DNA from: Dehalococcoidia bacterium
GTDB lineage: Bacteria; Chloroflexota; Dehalococcoidia; DSTF01; JACRBR01
NCBI GenBank assembly: GCA_021731085.1
Contig: JAKFYB010000013.1
Span: forward strand, 88,125-152,124
Length of the DNA stretch: 64,000 nucleotides
Reading direction: 5' to 3'
Part shown: piece after piece, positions 38,212-49,800 of the stretch
Numbering within the stretch: position 1 is the stretch's first letter
How the letters are laid out: every line of letters begins with the position of its first letter
Notes under the pieces: model-generated
Told to the model about the DNA's origin: nothing
The model's input: only the letters and a program-made list of their open reading frames with translations
The model's database searches: none
Made by a program: the position numbers and the translations under genes

Positions 38212-39159
38212 ATGGCTGACATCACGCATCGCACAATCAAGACCAACGGGATCAACCTGCACATCGCGGAGGCGGGTACGGGGCCGCTGGTGCTGATGAT
38301 CCACGGGTGGCCGGAGTCCTGGTACTCGTGGCGACACCAGTTGGTCGCGCTGGCGGACGCGGGGTATCACGCCGTCGCGCCGGATGTGCGCGGATACGGA
38401 CAGAGCGACTGCCCACCTAATATCGAAGACTACAGCCTGAAGAACATGCTGCCCGACTTCACGGGCATCCTCGACGACATCGGCGAGCAAACGGCCGTTG
38501 TCGTCGGACACGACTGGGGCTCGGCGCTGGCGTGGAACAGCGCGGCCCTGTATCCGGAGCGGTACCGCGCCGTCGTCGGGATGAGCGTGCCGCATCTTGG
38601 GCGCGGGCCGATGGCGCCGACGACGCTGTTTAAGACGGTCTTTGGGGACAACTGGTTCTACATCATGTACTTCCAGGAGCCTGGCGTGGCCGAGGCGGAG
38701 TTCGAGGCGGATCTGCGGACGACGATGCGGACCATTCTCGCGGGGGTGGCAGGGTTCGACACGCAGGCGGCGCAGGTGCAAGCAAAGAAGAAGGGCGACA
38801 AGTTTCTCACAGGCATCTCGCAACCGGAGACGCTTCCTGCGTGGCTTACGGAGGCCGACATCGACTACTTCGTGTCACAGTTCGAGAAGACGGGCTTTCG
38901 CGGTGGGCTCAACCGCTATCGGAACATGGACCGAGACTGGGAACAACTGCCTGAGCTGGGTGAGAAGAAGATCGAGCAGCCGGCGATGTTCCTCACGGGC
39001 GACAAGGATCCCGTAAAGGGGTTCGCGCCAGCCGACGGCATGAAGACGACGGTGCCCGGACTGCGGGACACGGTGGAAGTGCCGGGCGGACACTGGATTC
39101 AGCAGGAGCAACCGGAGCTGGTTAACGCGGCGCTCTTGAAGTTCTTGAAGGGTTTGTAG
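38212..39159 (+). CDS. alpha/beta-fold epoxide hydrolase
   Basis: HGWPESWYSWRHQ and GHDWG nucleophile elbow; ATG 38212 with GGAAGGAAG RBS. Confidence 0.8.
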   Translation: MADITHRTIKTNGINLHIAEAGTGPLVLMIHGWPESWYSWRHQLVALADAGYHAVAPDVRGYGQSDCPPNIEDYSLKNMLPDFTGILDDIGEQTAVVVGHDWGSALAWNSAALYPERYRAVVGMSVPHLGRGPMAPTTLFKTVFGDNWFYIMYFQEPGVAEAEFEADLRTTMRTILAGVAGFDTQAAQVQAKKKGDKFLTGISQPETLPAWLTEADIDYFVSQFEKTGFRGGLNRYRNMDRDWEQLPELGEKKIEQPAMFLTGDKDPVKGFAPADGMKTTVPGLRDTVEVPGGHWIQQEQPELVNAALLKFLKGL

Positions 39160-39212
39160 GACGACAAGGAGGCGCCGTTGCACGATGCAGCGGGCTCAAC
39201 GATGACGACTGT

Positions 39213-39230
39213 GCGGAGCTAAAGCTCCGC
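39213..39230. other. short perfect hairpin between the tandem epoxide hydrolase genes
   Basis: gcggagct-aa-agctccgc. Confidence 0.35.
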
Positions 39231-39248
39231 CGCTACTGGAGGAGTCGG

Positions 39249-40205
39249 ATGGCAGAGATCACACACCGGACGATCAGGACGAACGGGATCAATGTGCACA
39301 TCGCGGAGGCGGGGACGGGGCCACTGGTGCTGATGATCCATGGGTGGCCGGAGTCGTGGTACTCATGGCGGCACCAGATCGCGGCCCTTGCGGACGCCGG
39401 GTATCACGCAGTCGCGCCGGACGTGCGTGGCTACGGCGACAGCGACAAGCCCGACGCGATTGAGGCGTACCGGATGACGGAGATGGTCGCCGACTACGCC
39501 GGAATCGTCGAGGCGCTCGGCGAAGAAACGGCCGTCGTGATGGGTCACGACTGGGGCGCGCCGATGGCGTATCACAGCGCGCTGCTGCGGCCGGACCGTT
39601 TTCGCGCTGTTGTCGGGATGAGCGTGCCTTACACGGGTAGGTCGGGCGCGCCGCCGCTCGAGACGTTCGCGACGCTGTTCAAGGACACGTTCTTCTACAT
39701 TGACTACTTCCAGCAGGTCGGTGTCGCCGAGAAGGAGTTGGAGGCTGATCCGCGGCGTAGTCTCAAGTTGATCCTGTACTCCGCATCGGGCGATGCGCCG
39801 CCCGCGCCGGGGTTCGCTGGCAAGCCCAAGGGTGCGGGGCTGCTCGACGGGATGAACGAACCGGAGACCTTGCCCGGCTGGCTGACCGAGGCTGACGTCG
39901 ACTACTACGGCGGCGAGTTCAGGAAGGCCGGATTCCGGGGTGGGATCAACCGCTATCGCAACATGGACCGCGACTGGCACGAACTCGCACACCTCGAAGG
40001 CGCGCACATCAAGCAGCCGTGCATGTTCGTGGGCGGCGAGAAAGATGGCGTCATCGCCTTGAACCCGACTGGCATACCAACGATGCAGTCGCTCTGCGAC
40101 GACTGGCGGGGTTCGACGCTCATTCCGGGCGCGGGCCACTGGAATCAGCAAGAGCGCGCGGCGGAGACGAACGCGCCGGTGATCGAGTTCCTGAAAGGAC
40201 TGTAG
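39249..40205 (+). CDS. alpha/beta-fold epoxide hydrolase, tandem paralogue
   Basis: Same N-terminal motif set as the upstream paralogue; GGAGGAG RBS. Confidence 0.8.
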   Translation: MAEITHRTIRTNGINVHIAEAGTGPLVLMIHGWPESWYSWRHQIAALADAGYHAVAPDVRGYGDSDKPDAIEAYRMTEMVADYAGIVEALGEETAVVMGHDWGAPMAYHSALLRPDRFRAVVGMSVPYTGRSGAPPLETFATLFKDTFFYIDYFQQVGVAEKELEADPRRSLKLILYSASGDAPPAPGFAGKPKGAGLLDGMNEPETLPGWLTEADVDYYGGEFRKAGFRGGINRYRNMDRDWHELAHLEGAHIKQPCMFVGGEKDGVIALNPTGIPTMQSLCDDWRGSTLIPGAGHWNQQERAAETNAPVIEFLKGL

Positions 40206-40208
40206 GAC

Positions 40209-41132
40209 ATGAAAATCGGACTGATGCATGGCGACGCTGGAAGCTTCACCATCCAGGAGCAGATCCAGCAGATCGTCGACGAGGAGAAGGATGGGTTCGA
40301 GACGGCGTGGTGGGGTCAGATCTTCGGCGGAGACTCGATGACGGTGATCGCGCTGGCGGGACAGCGGACATCGAAGATCGAGTTGGGGACGAGCGTGATC
40401 CCGACGTACCCGCGGCATCCGTTCGTGATGGCGCAGCAGGCGATGACAGTGCAGGCCGCGTGTAACGGGCGGTTCACGCTTGGCATCGGCCCATCGCACC
40501 AGCCCGTCGTCGAAACAATGTGGGGCATGTCGTACGAAAAGCCGGCGCGCCACATCCGCGAGTACTTGGCGGTTCTTCTACCGCTGCTGCGTGAGGGCCG
40601 CGTGCAGTTTTCAGGCGAGGTGTACAAGACCATGGGTGGTATCGCGGTCGCGGGCGCGACGCCGATGCCCGTACTCATCTCGGCCCTGGCGCCGGTGATG
40701 CTCAAGCTCGCCGGGACGGTGGCCGACGGCACGATCACATGGATGACAGGCCCGAAGACGATCGAAACGCACGTCGTACCGTCGATCACCAAGGCGGCGA
40801 GCGAAGCAGGACGGCCGGCGCCACGCGTTGTCGTCGGGTTGCCGATCTGCGTCACGGACGACGCCGCAGCAGCGAAGGAAGCCGCTGGCAAGTACTTCGC
40901 GATGTACGGCGGGCTGACGAATTACCGCCGCATGCTCGACAAGGAAGGCGCGGCCGGACCCGCGGACGTCGCCGTCGTCGGGAACGAGGCCGCGGTTGAG
41001 CAGCAGATCCGCGACCTTGCGAGCGTGGGTGCTACGGACATGATCGCGCCGATCTTTCCGATCGGCGACGATCCCGCGGCATCGATCGCGCGCACGCGGG
41101 CGCTGCTGAAGAGCCTGATCGGCAAGGTGTAG
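40209..41132 (+). CDS. LLM-class (luciferase-like) F420-dependent oxidoreductase
   Basis: TIM-barrel LLM family pattern; 307 aa. Confidence 0.75.
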   Translation: MKIGLMHGDAGSFTIQEQIQQIVDEEKDGFETAWWGQIFGGDSMTVIALAGQRTSKIELGTSVIPTYPRHPFVMAQQAMTVQAACNGRFTLGIGPSHQPVVETMWGMSYEKPARHIREYLAVLLPLLREGRVQFSGEVYKTMGGIAVAGATPMPVLISALAPVMLKLAGTVADGTITWMTGPKTIETHVVPSITKAASEAGRPAPRVVVGLPICVTDDAAAAKEAAGKYFAMYGGLTNYRRMLDKEGAAGPADVAVVGNEAAVEQQIRDLASVGATDMIAPIFPIGDDPAASIARTRALLKSLIGKV

Positions 41133-41144
41133 CCGGAGGACGAC

Positions 41145-42383
41145 ATGACGACGGCGATCACCAATGCAACGCTCATCGACGGTACGGACGCTGACCCGCT
41201 ACCGAACGCGACGGTGCTCGTCGACGGCGAGCGGATTACGGCGGTCGGAGGGAATGTAGCGATCCCGCAGGATGCGGAAGTCATTGACGCTGGTGGCCGA
41301 ACGGTGATGCCGGGGCTTATTGACTGCCATGTGCATCTTTGGGGACGGGTCACGCACCTGCAGGAGCGCCTACTCACGCCGCCGACCCTTAACGCCTTCT
41401 ACGCGATGCGCAATGCGGAACGCACGCTTGATGCGGGCGTGACGACGGTGCGCGATGCGTCCGGCTCGCCTCTTGGACTGAAGATGGCAATCGAGCGGGG
41501 GCTGGTACCGGGGCCGCGGATGCGGATCTCCGTGAGCGCGCTCTCACAAACAGGCGGACACGGCGACCAGATGATGCCATCCGGCGCGAATCCTGGTGGG
41601 ATTGGCGACGGGCGCGGACCGGAATGGCCGGAGACTGTCGTCGATGGCGTAGATCAGGTGCGGCTGGCGGTGCGGAAGCTGCTGCGGGCCGGCGCCGACT
41701 TCATCAAGCTCTGTTCTACGGGCGGTGTGCTGTCGCCGACGGATGAGCCGGGGCACACGCAATTCACGCCGGACGAGATCGCGGTAATGGTGTATGAGGC
41801 GGCGACACACGGCAAGACGTGCATGGCGCACGCGCAAGGCACGCAGGGAATCAAGAACGCCGTGCTCGCCGGCGTCGAGTCGATCGAGCACGGGATCTAC
41901 GTCGACGACGAAGTCCTGGCGGAGATGAAGCGGCGCGGGACGTTCCTCGTGCCCACGCTCGTCGCGCCGGTCTGGGTGCTTCGGCATGCGGAACGGATGC
42001 CTGGGAGTATCTTGCCGCAGTCGGTGCGGAAGACGAAGGAAGTGATGGAAGACCACAAGCGCAACATCGGCGAGGCGATCCGCGCCGGCGTGAAGGTCGC
42101 CATGGGCACAGACAGCGGCGTAGGACATCACGGGTCGAACGCGGAAGAGCTGCAGCTGATGTGCGAAGCCGGCATGACGCCGATGCAGGCGATCGTCGCA
42201 AGCACGAAAACGGCGAGCGAGTGCGTGCACATGGCGAATGATGTTGGGACGCTCGAAGCGGGGAAGTACGCCGACCTGCTCATCGTCGACGGCGACCCGC
42301 TAGATGACATTCGAATTCTGCAGGACAAGGCGCGGCTGGCGCTGATCATGCAGGGCGGCAAGCGTCACAAGGGCAAACTGTAG
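41145..42383 (+). CDS. amidohydrolase-family metal-dependent hydrolase
   Basis: PGLIDCHVHL metal-binding motif..HA.G..; 412 aa. Confidence 0.8.
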   Translation: MTTAITNATLIDGTDADPLPNATVLVDGERITAVGGNVAIPQDAEVIDAGGRTVMPGLIDCHVHLWGRVTHLQERLLTPPTLNAFYAMRNAERTLDAGVTTVRDASGSPLGLKMAIERGLVPGPRMRISVSALSQTGGHGDQMMPSGANPGGIGDGRGPEWPETVVDGVDQVRLAVRKLLRAGADFIKLCSTGGVLSPTDEPGHTQFTPDEIAVMVYEAATHGKTCMAHAQGTQGIKNAVLAGVESIEHGIYVDDEVLAEMKRRGTFLVPTLVAPVWVLRHAERMPGSILPQSVRKTKEVMEDHKRNIGEAIRAGVKVAMGTDSGVGHHGSNAEELQLMCEAGMTPMQAIVASTKTASECVHMANDVGTLEAGKYADLLIVDGDPLDDIRILQDKARLALIMQGGKRHKGKL

Positions 42384-42387
42384 GCGC

Positions 42388-42768
42388 TCAACGACGGGTC
42401 GCGGCCGCAGCTCGGATCGCGTCAGTGAGCGCACGATCGATTTCGTGCTTGGCGACGAAGTCGCGGGCACCGGCGATGCGCGCGCGGGTGCGTGTGTCCA
42501 GATCGTCATGGAGGCTGAGCACGACGACGGCGCAGTCTGGTGCCTCTGCTGCAAGGCGACCCGTTGCCGTGATGCCATCCATCACGGGCATCTCGATGTC
42601 CATGAGCACGACATCCGGCGACGTGAGCCGCGCCTGAACGAGCGCCGCGCCACCATCTTCCGCCTCCGACACGATGTCCATGTCGGGCTCGAGGCCAAGG
42701 CGCATGCGCAGGCCGCGGCGAATGCTTGGCTGGTCGTCGACGATGAGGACGCGGATTCGTTCGTTCAT
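42388..42768 (-). CDS. stand-alone response-regulator receiver (CheY-like) protein
   Basis: IRVLIVDDQPSIRR..VVLMDIEMPVMDGI receiver motifs, no output domain; start ATG 42768 (weak RBS). Confidence 0.65.
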   Translation of the reverse strand: MNERIRVLIVDDQPSIRRGLRMRLGLEPDMDIVSEAEDGGAALVQARLTSPDVVLMDIEMPVMDGITATGRLAAEAPDCAVVVLSLHDDLDTRTRARIAGARDFVAKHEIDRALTDAIRAAAATRR

Positions 42769-43162
42769 CACGCTGTCATTGTCATCCGCGGAGCACTCCG
42801 GCACATCGAACGGAAGAGGCATGGGAAGGCCGACTTGCGATGGATGGCCGTCCTCCGCCTGAAGGCGGTTGTGACGTACACGAGGGTGCTGCTGGGCCAG
42901 CGGATCTGCGCCAGCCCCGTACTAATCGGCTCGACGACGCCGGCGGCAAGCGACGCTCCGTCATCTTGGCAGGAACACACACCGGTCCGAAGCTGCTGAC
43001 GGCGAACGGCTCACGGCGATCTCCGCCTAAAGACGGAGGCGGCGGAGCGGGGCGAACGCGACACTTCGACTGGAGGTGATCGATATGGGTTCTGCTACAT
43101 TGGTGCCTGAGACGCTCGCGGCGATTGGCGTCCGTCGAAGCGGACCACGGAGGCAACCGACG

Positions 43163-43801
43163 ATGCCGATTCGGATCATCATCGCCGACGACCACAGCGT
43201 CGTCCGGCAAGGCCTCAAGATGTTCCTGGGCCTCGACGAGGATCTGGAGGTCATCGGTGAGGCGGCGAACGGCGAAGAAGCCCTGAAGCTGGCGCACGAA
43301 CTGAAGCCGGACGTCGTGCTGATGGACATGCTTATGCCAGTCATGGACGGCATCACCGCCACGGGCCGCATCCGAACGGAGCTTCCGGACACCGAAGTGA
43401 TCGCCCTGACGAGCGTGCTCGAAGACAACTCAGTCGTTGGCGCGGTCAAGGCCGGGGCTATCGGCTACCTGCTGAAGGACACGGACTCCGACGAACTGCG
43501 CCGCGCCATCAAGGCCGCGGCCGCGGGCCAGGTGCAGCTCTCACCGGCGGCGGCTGCGCGGCTGGTGCGCGAAGTTCGCGCGCCGGACAGCCCACAGCAG
43601 CTCACCGAGCGCGAGGTGGACGTGCTGCGACTGCTCGCCGGCGGCAAGGCAAACAAAGAGATCGCGATGGCGCTCACGATCGGTGAGAAGACCGTCAAGA
43701 CGCACGTAAGCAACATCTTGATGAAGCTGGGTGTCCAGAGCCGCACGCAAGCGGCGCTGTATGCGGCGCAAATCGGTCTCGCACCGCTCGAGACGGCGTA
43801 G
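43163..43801 (+). CDS. NarL/LuxR-family two-component response regulator
   Basis: Receiver (IIADDHSVVRQGL..LMDMLMPVMDG) + LuxR HTH (LTEREVDVLRLLAGGKANKEIA); GGAGG RBS. Confidence 0.85.
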   Translation: MPIRIIIADDHSVVRQGLKMFLGLDEDLEVIGEAANGEEALKLAHELKPDVVLMDMLMPVMDGITATGRIRTELPDTEVIALTSVLEDNSVVGAVKAGAIGYLLKDTDSDELRRAIKAAAAGQVQLSPAAAARLVREVRAPDSPQQLTEREVDVLRLLAGGKANKEIAMALTIGEKTVKTHVSNILMKLGVQSRTQAALYAAQIGLAPLETA

Positions 43802-43806
43802 CGACC

Positions 43807-46800
43807 GTGGGCCTAATCCCCGATCGCCTCGGACCGAAACTGGGCCTCTTCCTCGTAGGAATGTTCGCCGTTCTTGGTGTCGCTACGGCGGCGCTGATCA
43901 TCTTCGGCTTCGAACGTACACGCAACGACGCCACACAGAGCAGCCGCGAGGGCCTCGAACAAGAGGGCCAGCGAACACTCCTGCGTTTTACAACGAGCCA
44001 GGCGGCATACGCCCAGTCACAAATGGAAGCAACGGCGGGCTTCGCGGAACAGGCGTCGTCGTACTTCACAAATGCGCGTGCCAACAGGCCCGCCGATCCG
44101 ATACCCGCGTCCGCACTCTCAACGACAGCGCAGGGCGTGCACTACGACGCCAATCCGGATCGCCAGTCTGATGTTGTCGTGCCGCCGGGAAGCGAACTCA
44201 CTGCGGCCGTGTTGGCCGATGTTGGTTCATCGGCGGTGCTCGATGATCTGTTCCCCACGTTGCTCGCTGGCTTCGGCGGGCAGGCGCGCAGTTCGAACTT
44301 CGAGCCCATCTCCATCTACTTCCAGAGCGTGAACAACGTCGCACGCATCTATCCGCGGGTGCCGGACATCGAAGACCTGCCGCCGGTCGGCGACCAACTC
44401 CGCGCTTCGACGCTCGCCGTCGGGCCGGACGAGAATCCACAGCGCGCGACGCTCTGGAGCCCGCCATACGCAGATGTCAGCGGCAGGGGCACAGTCATGT
44501 CGGCCACTGTGCCCGTGTACGACGGAAGCACGTTCATCGGCGCGATGGGCGTGGATTTTTCGCTGGCGAGGCTCGTCGCCCAGATCGAGGGCATCAAGCC
44601 CACGACGAATGGATTCGCCTTCTACATGGATGAGGGCGGCTCGCTTCTTCCCACGACAGCCCAGCCGCGCATCGAAGCTGAACTGGACGACGCACGAAAC
44701 ACCGAGTTCGCGGCCGTCATTCAGGCAGTCACAGACGGTCGAGCAGAGGTTGGTCGCGCTGAAGTGGACGGGCGCGACATGTTCATCGCCCACGTGCCGC
44801 TCCAAGGCGTCGGTGGAACGCTTGCGTTGGCCGCGCCGGTCGATGAAGTGACGCTGCAAGCGGCAGCAGTGGAGTCGACCATCGAGGACGGAAGCCGCCG
44901 GACGTTGTTCTTCGCGCTTTCCGGCATTGCGCTCGTCTTCCTTTTGACACTTGGTGTCGCCGGTTTGTTGAACCGGCGCCTCGTACTCCAGCCGATTTCG
45001 GAGATCGTGGACGGAACGCGCGCACTTGCTGCGGGCGATCTGTCGCAGGAGATCCCGGTGAGGTCGGGCGACGAGCTAGGCACGCTCGCGGCGTCGTTCA
45101 ACGGCATGACGGGCGTACTCCGCGAACGCACGGACGACTTGCGCGAGCGAGAGGAGCAATACCGCGCCGTCTTCGAGGCGAGCAGCGACGGTTTCGTCAT
45201 CACGCGCATCGACGACGGTGCAGTTGTCGACGTGAATCCGGCGATGTGCTCGATGCATGGCTACACGCGCGAGGAAATGCTGCGCCTCAGTCCCATGCAG
45301 TTCATCCACGAGGACGACCATCACCTCTTTGGAGACTACATGGCGACGGTCGCGGCTGGTGGTGACTATCGCTGCCGGGCGCGCGACGTGCGCAAGGACG
45401 GTTCGCTGTTCCACGTCGACGTCATGGGCACCCCGGTGACGTACAGGGGCACACGTCACATCCTCGGCATGGTGCGAGACATCACTGCGCAGGTCGAGAC
45501 AGAGCGCATTCTCGAAGAGCGCGTGGAGGATCGCACGAGCGAACTGGCGGCGTTGCTGCAGGTTTCGCAGTCTGTGGCGGCAGCATTGGATAGCAAGAGC
45601 GTCGCCTCGGCGATCCTGACTGAGCTGGCGAAGGTGAGTGACTACGCGGGCGCCACGCTGGCGATAGTCGAAGGCGACGATCTCGTGATCGTCGACTCAT
45701 GGGGACCGTTCCGGGAGGAAGTTGTAGGCGGCCCGACATCGCGGGTCCCACGGAGCGCGATTCCCGTTGAATTCTGGGACGCGATGGAGCAAGCCGCGCC
45801 CCTCGTTGTGGATGACGTGCGGGGAGATTCAGTGCTCGCCCAAACGTACAGGCGCGTGTTTCGGCCATTCCTGGAGTTGCCGTCGTTTGCGTACATCCGG
45901 TCATGGATAGCAGTGCCCCTCGTCCGACAGGGTCGCATCGCCGGCATGTTGACCGCATCTCACGGCCAAGCAGGACACTTCACTGAAGAGAACACTCGGC
46001 TGATTCTGGCCGCGGCGAGTCAGGCAGCCGTCGCGATGGAAAACGCGCGCCTTTTCGAGCAGACGCACGAACGTACTGGCGAGCTTCAGATTCTTGTCGA
46101 TGTCGCGCAGCAGCTTTCCTCGACGATCGAACTGGATCCACTACTCGCGGTTGTACTCGACCAAGTGCAAAAAGTGGCGGAGTACGACCGCGTGTCCGTG
46201 CTACTGGCGGACGAAGAAGGGACCTTGCAGGTTCATACCACGCTGCGGCGTGCCGGTGACGAGAATCTGGGCGCGCCGCCGGGAGCCAAGTTCCCGCGTT
46301 CGACGGGACCGCTGTTCTGGGCGACGTTCGAACGCGGGCAGGCGGTCGTGATCGAAGACGTCCGTGCGGATACGCCGCTCGCTGCGGAGTATCGCAGCGC
46401 TGCGGCGCCACAGACTGATGCGACGCTCGCTGCGACGCGTTCCTGGATGGGCGTGCCCATGCTTGCGAATGACCGTCTGATCGGCATTCTGGCACTAACG
46501 AGCAGCGTGGTGTCGGCATACACGGAGAGGCAAGGCCAGCTCGCGACGGCGATCGCCAGCCAAGCAGCCGTCGCAATCGAGAACGCACGCCTATTCAGTG
46601 AAGCGGAGGAACGAACGCGCGAGCTCTCGACGCTGCTCGATGTTTCGAGAAACGTCGCCTCAACGATTGAACTAGAACCCCTGCTGAACCTGATCCTCGA
46701 TCAGGTCAAGGTAGTCGCACCGTTCTATCGCTCGGCGTTCATGGTGCTTGATGGCGATGACCTGGAGGTCGTCGCTGTCGGCACGCGTCAGGGCGCCGAA

Positions 46801-49800
46801 GATCCTTCCTACGTGAACCAGCTGGGCGTTCGCGTGCAGGCAGTCGGCTCGCCGATCTGGCAGCGCATGGACGCCGGTACACCATTCGTGATCGATGATA
46901 TCCACGGAGACTCACCTGAAGCGATCGGCTACCGGATGGCGGTTGGCGCTGATGCCGATACAACGTTCGCGAACATGCGGGGGTGGATGGGCGTGCCGAT
47001 CATGTTGAAGGATCGCGCCATCGGCATGTTGGCGCTCGGCAGCGACCAGCCGAACTTCTACACAGAGCAGCATGCACGACTCGCGCGGGCCGTCACCGAT
47101 CAGGCGGCCGTCGCAATCGAGAACGCTAGGCTGTTCGAGCAAACAGGTCATCAGCACCGCGAATCTGCGGCACTGCTCCAAATCTCGAACAGCCTGACCT
47201 CGACGCTGGACCTGGAACAGCTCGTTCACGTGATCCTGGAACAGTTGCATAGTGTCGTCGAGTACACGGGGTCGTCCGTGACTATCGTGAGCGGCGGCCA
47301 GCTGGAGGTCCTTGCATCGCGTGTGCTCGATCCGCCCAACACGCCCAACATTCGTGGAGCGCGGTTCAACCTGGATCAGGATTCAGAGACATGGCGAGCC
47401 TTTCGTCGCCTGGAGACTGTCGTCATCAGCGATATCTACGACGACACGACATTCGCGAAGGAGTATCGCGGTACCGTCGGGCGCCAGACGCTGCAGACTC
47501 CAACATTCGGGAGCATCAGGTCGTGGATGGCGGTGCCGCTCGCGATCAAGGGGGAGGTTATCGGCATGCTGTCGCTCTCCCGCAACGAGATCGGCTATTT
47601 CACGCCGGAACATACGCGTGTCGCTTCGGCCGTGGGTAAGCAGGCGGCCCTCGCGATCGAAAATGCACGGCTCTATCAGCACGCGGCTGAACGCACCGAA
47701 GAACTGTCGACGCTCCTCGACGTTTCGAGCGCCGTAGCATCAACGATTGAGTTGCAGCCGCTGTTGGACGTGATCCTGGAGCAGATTCATCGCGTCGCGT
47801 CGTACGACGGCGCAACGTTCTTCATCCTGCACGGCGACAGGCTGCGTGCGGAGTCCTTCGTCACACAGGACGACCCGAACATCGACCTCACGACGATCGG
47901 CCTCGAGATTCCGGTCGCCGGCTCCCAACTGTGGGACATGGCATCGCACGGTGAGACGATGATCATCGATGATATCTACGCCGACACACCAACAGCGGCA
48001 GCTTTTCGGGCGATCGCCGGGCCCGCGCTCAAGACGCGATTCCAGCGCATTAAGTCGTGGCTCGGTATTCCGCTGATGCGTGGCGGAAAGCCGATCGGCC
48101 TGTTGGCTCTCTCCGGCCACACCCAGGGAGTGTTCGACGTCACGGATGCTCGTCTCGCGCGAGCCGTCGCAGATCGCGCCGCACTCGCGATTGAGAACGC
48201 GAGGCTCTTTACCGAAGCGTCAGATCGCACGCGCGAGCTTTCGGCGCTTCTGGACATCTCGAAGGGGATTGCGTCAACGCTGGATCGCGGACCCCTGGTC
48301 GGGGCGATTCTCGACCAGTTGAAGGAACTCGTCGACAACAACGGAGCATCCATCATGCTGCGCAATGGCGACGTTCTTGAGATCGTGGACTACGACCGAT
48401 CCGTGCCTCGAAATGCCGCGAGCGTGCAGATTCCAGCGAGCTTCCCCATTGCGAACATGGCGCCGTTGTGGGCTTCCATGCTCGCCGGAGACAGCGTGAC
48501 CGTGAGGGACATGCAAGCGAACGATGGCGCGCGTGATGTCTTCCGGCAGGCCGTCGGCGAGAGCCTGCTGACTGGCGCCCTGAGTCACGTACGAGCGATG
48601 CTCGCTGTGCCACTTATCGTCCACGACGACGTCATAGGTACGCTCACGATCTCCAACCAAGTCCCAGGGTTCTTCACGGAGGAACATGCGCGGGTGGCGC
48701 GTGCCGTCGCCGACCAGGCAGCGCTCGCCCTCGAGAACGCCCGGCTGTACGAGGAGACGAGCCGGCGAGCACGCGAGACCGAAGCACTACTACGCGCCGA
48801 TGCTGAGCTGTTCCGGTCGTTGAGCCTCGATGACGTCTTTCAGGCGCTGTGCGATGTCGCGGTCGATGTGCTTGGTGTCAGCAAGTGCATGGTGACAACG
48901 ATCCACGACACCACCGGGCGCTACACGACGCGTGCCTCCCGAGGCGTGTCGCAGACGGCGCTCGCGCAAATGGCCCGGGTCCGTGACCGGCAACCGCGCG
49001 TCGTGCTGGGGTCTATGACCACGCCAATCGTCACGCCGGACGCACGGGCGGCGCTTCCAGAGATGGCTGGCATTTTCGAGATGGAGGGCATCATCTCGAC
49101 AATGGACGTACCGATCAGGATCGAAGGCCAGGTGCGCGGAGACTTTGCGCTGGCGTACACACGGCGCCACCAACCCGGAGCCGACGAGCAACGGCTGTTT
49201 CAAGCGCTTGCCGACCGCGCGGCAATCGCGATCCAGAACGCCGAGCTGTACGAACGCTCGCAGCAGGTGGCGTCGCTCGAGGAGCGCCAGCGGCTGGCAC
49301 GCGAACTGCACGACTCCGTATCGCAGGCGTTGTACGGCATCGCACTCGGGGCACGTACGGCGCGTACGCAACTCGACCGCGATCCGGTGAAGGCAGTCGA
49401 GCCGGTGGAGTACGTGCTCCAGCTAGCGGAGGCGGGGTTGGCCGAAATGCGCGCGCTGATCTTCGAACTGCGGCCTGAGTCGCTGCAGACGGAGGGCCTG
49501 GTGGCGGCGATCGAGAAGCATGTGGCGTCAACAAAGGCGCGCTATGGCCTGGAGGTTAATGCACAACTGGGCGTCGAGCCCGACGTCCGTCTCGACGTGA
49601 AAGAGGCGCTCTATCGCGTGACGCAGGAAGCGTTGCACAACATTGTGAAGCACGCGCAGGCGCGCCACGTCGATGTGCGGCTGGCTACAGCACATGGGGA
49701 CATCACGCTGGAGGTAAGCGACGACGGTCGTGGGTTCGACCCACAGGGTTCGTATCCCGGTCACGTCGGCTTACACTCCATGCGGGAACGCGTCGAGAAG

